Positions 7,900 through 11,471 of a stretch of 11,471 nt of DNA are shown in pieces. Location of the stretch: the NCBI GenBank assembly GCA_046318155.1, contig JBKCUU010000119.1:1-11471 (forward strand), given 5' to 3'. This stretch comes from Bdellovibrio sp. (GTDB taxonomy: Bacteria; Bdellovibrionota; Bdellovibrionia; Bdellovibrionales; Bdellovibrionaceae). How positions within the stretch are numbered: position 1 is the stretch's first letter; every line of letters begins with the position of its first letter. The translations under genes and the position numbers were made by a program. Under the pieces are notes generated by a model. That model was not told the DNA's origin. It ran no database searches and saw only the letters and a list, made by a program, of their open reading frames with translations.

Positions 7900-8156
7900 A
7901 CTATTTTATCGCTCTGAGAATCGCGTGAGATATCCGGGCGTTCGCTTGCCTCATTTGTAGAAGCGAATCTTTCTTTGAAAACACACTTTAGGTTCGGCCG
8001 GATCGACCGAAAAAGCGGGGGTCATGTTCGTTCGTCTCTGAAGAGACCCTGGCCAGGAGTAGCGAGTGACAAAAACTTCGAGGAGGACGTGTGGTGGAAG
8101 TAGACCGAAGGTTCTGCACTTTATTGGAATTGAAAAATGAGGCGGAGCGGGGTCCC

Positions 8157-8250
8157 CCGCGCTAAAGCGGCTCTCCGAAAATACCTTCGACTTATCAGGG
8201 CGCGGCCATTGGGGCTGCGCCTTTTGCTTTTCCTCGCCGCCTTAGCGCGG
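8157..8250 (+). other. Nested GC-rich stem-loop structure with terminator-like inner hairpin
   Basis: CCGCGCTAAAGCGGC (8157-8171) pairs 14/15 with GCCGCCTTAGCGCGG (8236-8250). The inner 11-bp hairpin AGGGCGCGGCC-attgg-GGCTGCGCCTT (8197-8223, two G-U pairs) runs into a T-rich tract. Confidence 0.7.
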
Positions 8251-8270
8251 TTCCAGCTTGCGCTGGCTTT

Positions 8271-8319
8271 GTTTATCTTCCCGCCCTTCGGGCTCCGCTT
8301 GACCCCAGATGGCCGTTCC
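8271..8319 (+). repeat. Interspersed repeat copy A
   Basis: GTTTATCTTCCCGCCCTTCGGGCTCCGCTTGACCCCAGATGGCCGTTCC, containing the GCCC-TTC-GGGC mini-hairpin. Confidence 0.85.
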
Positions 8320-8364
8320 TGGCGTCCTTGCCCCATAGGGGATCTTCACTTCGATTGTTTTTAG

Positions 8365-8414
8365 GTTTATCTTTGCTCGCCCTTTGGGCTGCGCTTGACC
8401 GCAGATGGCCGTCC
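8365..8414 (+). repeat. Interspersed repeat copy B (direct, diverged)
   Basis: GTTTATCTTTGCTCGCCCTTTGGGCTGCGCTTGACCGCAGATGGCCGTCC aligns to copy A over its full length with a few substitutions and indels. The hairpin is kept as GCCC-TTT-GGGC. Confidence 0.85.
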
Positions 8415-8478
8415 TTTGCTTGGTTGCTACGAGGGCTTTGCTTGACGTCTTGGGGATTGGCGGTCAGATTCTGGGGCG

Positions 8479-9264
8479 ATGGCGCGGTATAAGATGGTGG
8501 TGGCTTATGATGGAACTGATTTTTGCGGATGGCAAAAGCAGAAGGATCATCAGCATGGGCCCGAGTTGCCCAGTGTGCAGGAGACCATTGAAAAAGCGCT
8601 GGAAAAGATTTTTCAGCATCCCGTGAATTTGTCCGCGTCGGGGCGCACCGATGCGGGAGTGCATGCGGCGGCTCAGGTTTGTCATTTTGAAACTGAACGC
8701 AAACTGCCTGTTGATCTTTGTTGGGCGATGAAGTCTCTTCTGCCAAACAGTGTTTCTCCCAAAGATGTGTGGTTGGCGCCTGACTCGTTTCACTCGACTT
8801 TGTCGGCGACAAAAAAAACCTATCAGTATTGGGTTTGGAATCATGAGCGCACGCCGGCTTTGCTCGCTCGGTACTCTTGGTGGATTCGCAAGCCTCTTGA
8901 TATCGATCAGCTCAATTTGATGGCGGATCAACTTTTAGGAGAGCAAGATTTTGCCAGCTTTCGAAGCATGGGGACCGATGTGAAGCACACGGTTCGGCAG
9001 ATTTTGGAAGCTCGTTGGACTTGGCGCCGACAGGGGCTTTTGCAGTTTGAAGTGACCGGAAACGGGTTTATGAAGCAGATGGTCCGCAACATGGTCGGCA
9101 CTCAGATCGACTTGGTGCTGAAAGGCCAACCTCCTGAAACTATTAAAGAAATTATCTCTTTTCAGGATCGAAAAAAAGCCGGTCCTGCTGCGCCCCCGCA
9201 GGGGCTCTTTCTTCGCAAAGTCTATTATCCCAAGTCGCTTGACAGTCAGTGCCGAAAACTCTAA
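8479..9264 (+). CDS. truA: tRNA pseudouridine(38-40) synthase
   Basis: AYDGTDFCGWQ, catalytic SGRTDAGVHA, DFASF, GNGFMKQMVRNMVG and APPQGLFL. Confidence 0.97.
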   Translation: MARYKMVVAYDGTDFCGWQKQKDHQHGPELPSVQETIEKALEKIFQHPVNLSASGRTDAGVHAAAQVCHFETERKLPVDLCWAMKSLLPNSVSPKDVWLAPDSFHSTLSATKKTYQYWVWNHERTPALLARYSWWIRKPLDIDQLNLMADQLLGEQDFASFRSMGTDVKHTVRQILEARWTWRRQGLLQFEVTGNGFMKQMVRNMVGTQIDLVLKGQPPETIKEIISFQDRKKAGPAAPPQGLFLRKVYYPKSLDSQCRKL

Positions 9265-9267
9265 AAC
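9239..9267 (+). promoter_or_regulatory. Candidate sigma70 promoter of rplM-rpsI within the truA 3' end
   Basis: TTGACA (9239-9244), a 17-bp spacer, then TAAAAC (9262-9267), which overlaps the truA stop codon. A GC-rich discriminator-like GGGCG follows. Confidence 0.6.
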
Positions 9268-9313
9268 GGGCGTTCGCATAATGTTCTGTTAGGGTGCAAC
9301 TGGAGTTCCTATT

Positions 9314-9757
9314 ATGAAAACTTGGATGGCAAAAACTGAGGAAGCTGAACGTAATTGGTGGGTCGTCGATGCCACCGGACAACGCGTGGGTCGCTTGGCG
9401 ACGACGGTTGCAACTTTACTTCGTGGAAAACACAAACCCACGTTCACACCTCATGCAGACGCCGGTGATTTCGTTGTGATTATCAATACTGATAAGCTCG
9501 AATTGACTGGCGACAAATTGAACACAAAGACCTATTTCCGCCACTCGCGATTTTTCGGATCGTTGAAAGAGAAAACGGCTGCTCAAATGCAGATCGAAGA
9601 TTCGACTTTCATCATTCATGAAGCCGTTCGTGGAATGTTGCCGACTAACAAGTTGTCTCGCGACCTCATGAAGAAAATGAAATTGTTCAAAGGTGCCGAG
9701 CACACGCACGCTGCTCAAAAACCTCAGGCTTACACTCTTAAGACAAAGAAAAAATAA
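9314..9757 (+). CDS. rplM: 50S ribosomal protein L13
   Basis: RNWWVVDATGQRVGRLA, LRGKHKPTFTPHADAGDFVVIIN, AVRGMLP and HAAQKP. SD GGAG upstream. Confidence 0.98.
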   Translation: MKTWMAKTEEAERNWWVVDATGQRVGRLATTVATLLRGKHKPTFTPHADAGDFVVIINTDKLELTGDKLNTKTYFRHSRFFGSLKEKTAAQMQIEDSTFIIHEAVRGMLPTNKLSRDLMKKMKLFKGAEHTHAAQKPQAYTLKTKKK

Positions 9758-9765
9758 GGTGATTT

Positions 9766-10161
9766 ATGGCAGCTGAAAAAGTGTTCTACGCAACTGGCCG
9801 ACGCAAAACGAGTTCTGCTCGTGTGTTCATGAAGCCCGGTAAAGGCAACATGGAAATCAACGGACTTAAATCCGATGAGTACCTCAAGCGGATGCAATCA
9901 AAAATGGTTGTTTTGCAGCCTTTCGACACGGTGAATATGATCGATAAGTTTGATGCTTATATCACTGTCGCTGGTGGCGGTGAAAATGGACAGACTGGCG
10001 CGATCCGCCTCGGTATCGCTCGGGCCTTAACAGCTTATGACCCTTCTTTGCGTCCTGCTTTGAAAAAAGCTGGATTCTTGACTCGCGATCCTCGTGAAGT
10101 TGAGCGTAAAAAATACGGTCGCTCAGGCGCTCGTCGTCGGTACCAATACTCAAAACGCTAA
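9766..10161 (+). CDS. rpsI: 30S ribosomal protein S9
   Basis: [31 protein letters not shown] and [14 protein letters not shown]...RYQYSKR. SD AAGGTGA upstream. Confidence 0.98.
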   Translation: MAAEKVFYATGRRKTSSARVFMKPGKGNMEINGLKSDEYLKRMQSKMVVLQPFDTVNMIDKFDAYITVAGGGENGQTGAIRLGIARALTAYDPSLRPALKKAGFLTRDPREVERKKYGRSGARRRYQYSKR

Positions 10162-10250
10162 TCCCAGCCCTCGGGCATGGATTTGTTTCGAAGAACCCGG
10201 ATCTTTACAGATCTGGGTTTTTTCGTTTTGGGGGTAGGGCTGGGATTAGC
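10157..10250. repeat. Perfect 15-bp inverted repeat enclosing the rpsI terminator
   Basis: GCTAATCCCAGCCCT (10157-10171) is the exact reverse complement of AGGGCTGGGATTAGC (10236-10250). Confidence 0.85.
10189..10229 (+). terminator. Intrinsic terminator of rplM-rpsI
   Basis: Hairpin AAGAACCCGGATCT-ttac-AGATCTGGGTTTTT, whose 3' arm runs into TTTTTTCGTTTT, about 30 bp after the rpsI stop. Confidence 0.85.
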
Positions 10251-10254
10251 TCCA

Positions 10255-10281
10255 TTTATTTTCCCGCCCTTCGGGCTCTGC
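10255..10281 (+). repeat. Interspersed repeat copy D (partial)
   Basis: TTTATTTTCCCGCCCTTCGGGCTC (10255-10278) is 23/24 identical to 8272-8295 and continues TGC, as in copy C. Confidence 0.8.
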
Positions 10282-10410
10282 GCTGGGCTTAGAATTCATG
10301 ACAACTTTGAGCTTGAGATCTAAGCGGGACTTCGAATAGATTGCGCCTGGAGATCGATTGCTTACGGGATCGGCGTGAGGCCTGTTCCTGTGGGCTTTCA
10401 AGGAGAATTT

Positions 10411-10797
10411 ATGGTTCGATTTTTGGTCATTGCTGGACTTTTGCTGTCGGGTTCGATTTCTCAAGCGGCGGATGCCATTTCGAGCTGCCGTCTGATCATA
10501 AATGAGTATTCTCATGTTGTTGGCACAATCTCGGTAGCTCGCAATGAAGACACCAACGAGCGCATCTTAGATGGCCGCTTGGCCTTTAGTGGTGTGCTTC
10601 TTGAGGACGGTGTTTGCACGAGCCGCCACTGCGTTTTCAAAACGACGGATGTGATTTACACGTTGACTCCTCGCTTTTTGAAAAACAGCGATGTGATCAA
10701 AAGCATGAACTTGAAAATGCGCAGCTCAATCATGGTGTCGGATGACTACCTTAGCGCTTGCAAAGCCGAAAAAGAACTTCCCGAAGACATTTACTAA
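10411..10797 (+). CDS. Small secreted hypothetical protein (128 aa, 4 Cys)
   Basis: Start reassigned to ATG 10411, after SD AGGAGA (10401-10406). Signal peptide MVRFLVIAGLLLSGSISQA. No family recognised. Confidence 0.75.
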   Translation: MVRFLVIAGLLLSGSISQAADAISSCRLIINEYSHVVGTISVARNEDTNERILDGRLAFSGVLLEDGVCTSRHCVFKTTDVIYTLTPRFLKNSDVIKSMNLKMRSSIMVSDDYLSACKAEKELPEDIY

Positions 10798-10878
10798 TCT
10801 TCTGGTCTCGAGCCGCCATTCTTGATTTCGCTCGGCATTTTGATGCAACGTTTTCTGAACCTGCGGGTGAAATTGAGT

Positions 10879-11471
10879 TTATTTGAATCGGTCGGCGTCT
10901 TTGAGGGCTTTGGAAAAAAGACTCAAACGTTTGAAATCACGGTTAAGCAAAAAACGAGCGGCGACGGTCGCTGCTGACGTTTGCAAGGTCCACCAAAGTT
11001 GGACGCGCAAAGGCCACGATCTGCCAACGTGCCGGCGGCTGATCACTCGGCGGTTGCGCTGAAAAAAATAAGTCGTGTAAAGAGCCAGCTTGTAAGTTGT
11101 TTTTCCAACTTGATGCACGACCTCGCTCTCGGCTTGGTACAAAAGTGGAAGTCCCTTTTCTAAGATTCGGGCCGAGTAATCAACATCATCCCAGTACGTG
11201 CCTAAGCGTTCATCCATGACGCCGACTTGTTCGATTACCTCGCGGTGAATCCAAAATGCGGAGCCCGGGATGTAGGGGATTTTAGCTGGGGGGCCTTTTT
11301 TGAGTTCGTAAGTCTTGAGGGCCGCTTGCACCAAGGTTTTAAACTCATCACCGTTTTGCAAGTGGTGCAGCTTTCCTCGAGCAGGCGTAAAGCAGGCGCC
11401 GATCGAGTCGGTTTTGCCCTGTTTGCGCCTGTGAACCAAGGGTGCGACCTGCGAGGGAGACAACTTCGACG
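10879..11471 (-). CDS. Glycosyltransferase family 2 protein, C-terminal part (5'-truncated by window edge)
   Basis: IPGSAFWIHREVIEQVGVMDERLGTYWDDVDYSARI, VVHQVGKT and YFFQRNR match the C-terminal motifs of WbbL/rhamnosyltransferase-like GT2 enzymes. The frame stays open to the window end. Confidence 0.88.
   Translation of the reverse strand, partial: SKLSPSQVAPLVHRRKQGKTDSIGACFTPARGKLHHLQNGDEFKTLVQAALKTYELKKGPPAKIPYIPGSAFWIHREVIEQVGVMDERLGTYWDDVDYSARILEKGLPLLYQAESEVVHQVGKTTYKLALYTTYFFQRNRRVISRRHVGRSWPLRVQLWWTLQTSAATVAARFLLNRDFKRLSLFSKALKDADRFK

Noticed and set aside
8137..8364. 75-aa Arg/Leu-rich ORF with a hydrophobic stretch (possible type I toxin)
   Set aside because: It lies across the palindromes and repeat copy A, which explains its composition. 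It has no SD and no recognisable family.
8271..8414. Possible CRISPR array (two direct repeats of about 49 bp, spaced 94 bp apart)
   Set aside because: There are only two diverged copies with indels, further copies are inverted or dispersed, and no cas genes are in the window.
7847..8478. tRNA, tmRNA, RNase P, 6S RNA or a known riboswitch in the long intergenic region
   Set aside because: No cloverleaf/T-loop, RNase P P4 motif or known riboswitch consensus was recognised by eye. An Rfam scan is needed to exclude these fully.

Overview
A mostly housekeeping bacterial window, inferred from gene content and order to come from a Bdellovibrionota-like Gram-negative organism. From left to right: the 3' end of an ExbD/TolR gene, then a membrane-anchored protein with an Ig-like tail. 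Next, on the minus strand, a putative outer-membrane protein and an exported DUF4105-like (His...Asn-Cys) protein behind a candidate sigma54/IHF promoter. The plus-strand run is a Dgk1/phytol-kinase-type lipid kinase, pssA, asd, a Cys-rich FN3-like CFI-box-CTERM surface protein coupled to an outer-membrane beta-barrel, a 632-bp structured intergenic region, truA, rplM and rpsI. The window ends with a small secreted protein and a partial GT2 glycosyltransferase. The most notable signals are: (i) the CFI-box-CTERM plus beta-barrel two-gene module between asd and truA, a candidate dedicated surface-display system; (ii) a REP/MITE-like repeat family with four copies, including a 29/32 inverted pair bracketing a folded core; (iii) a perfect 15-bp inverted repeat enclosing the rpsI terminator; (iv) several sigma70-like promoters that would start transcription at or near start codons. 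Family assignments come from motif recognition only; no searches were run.
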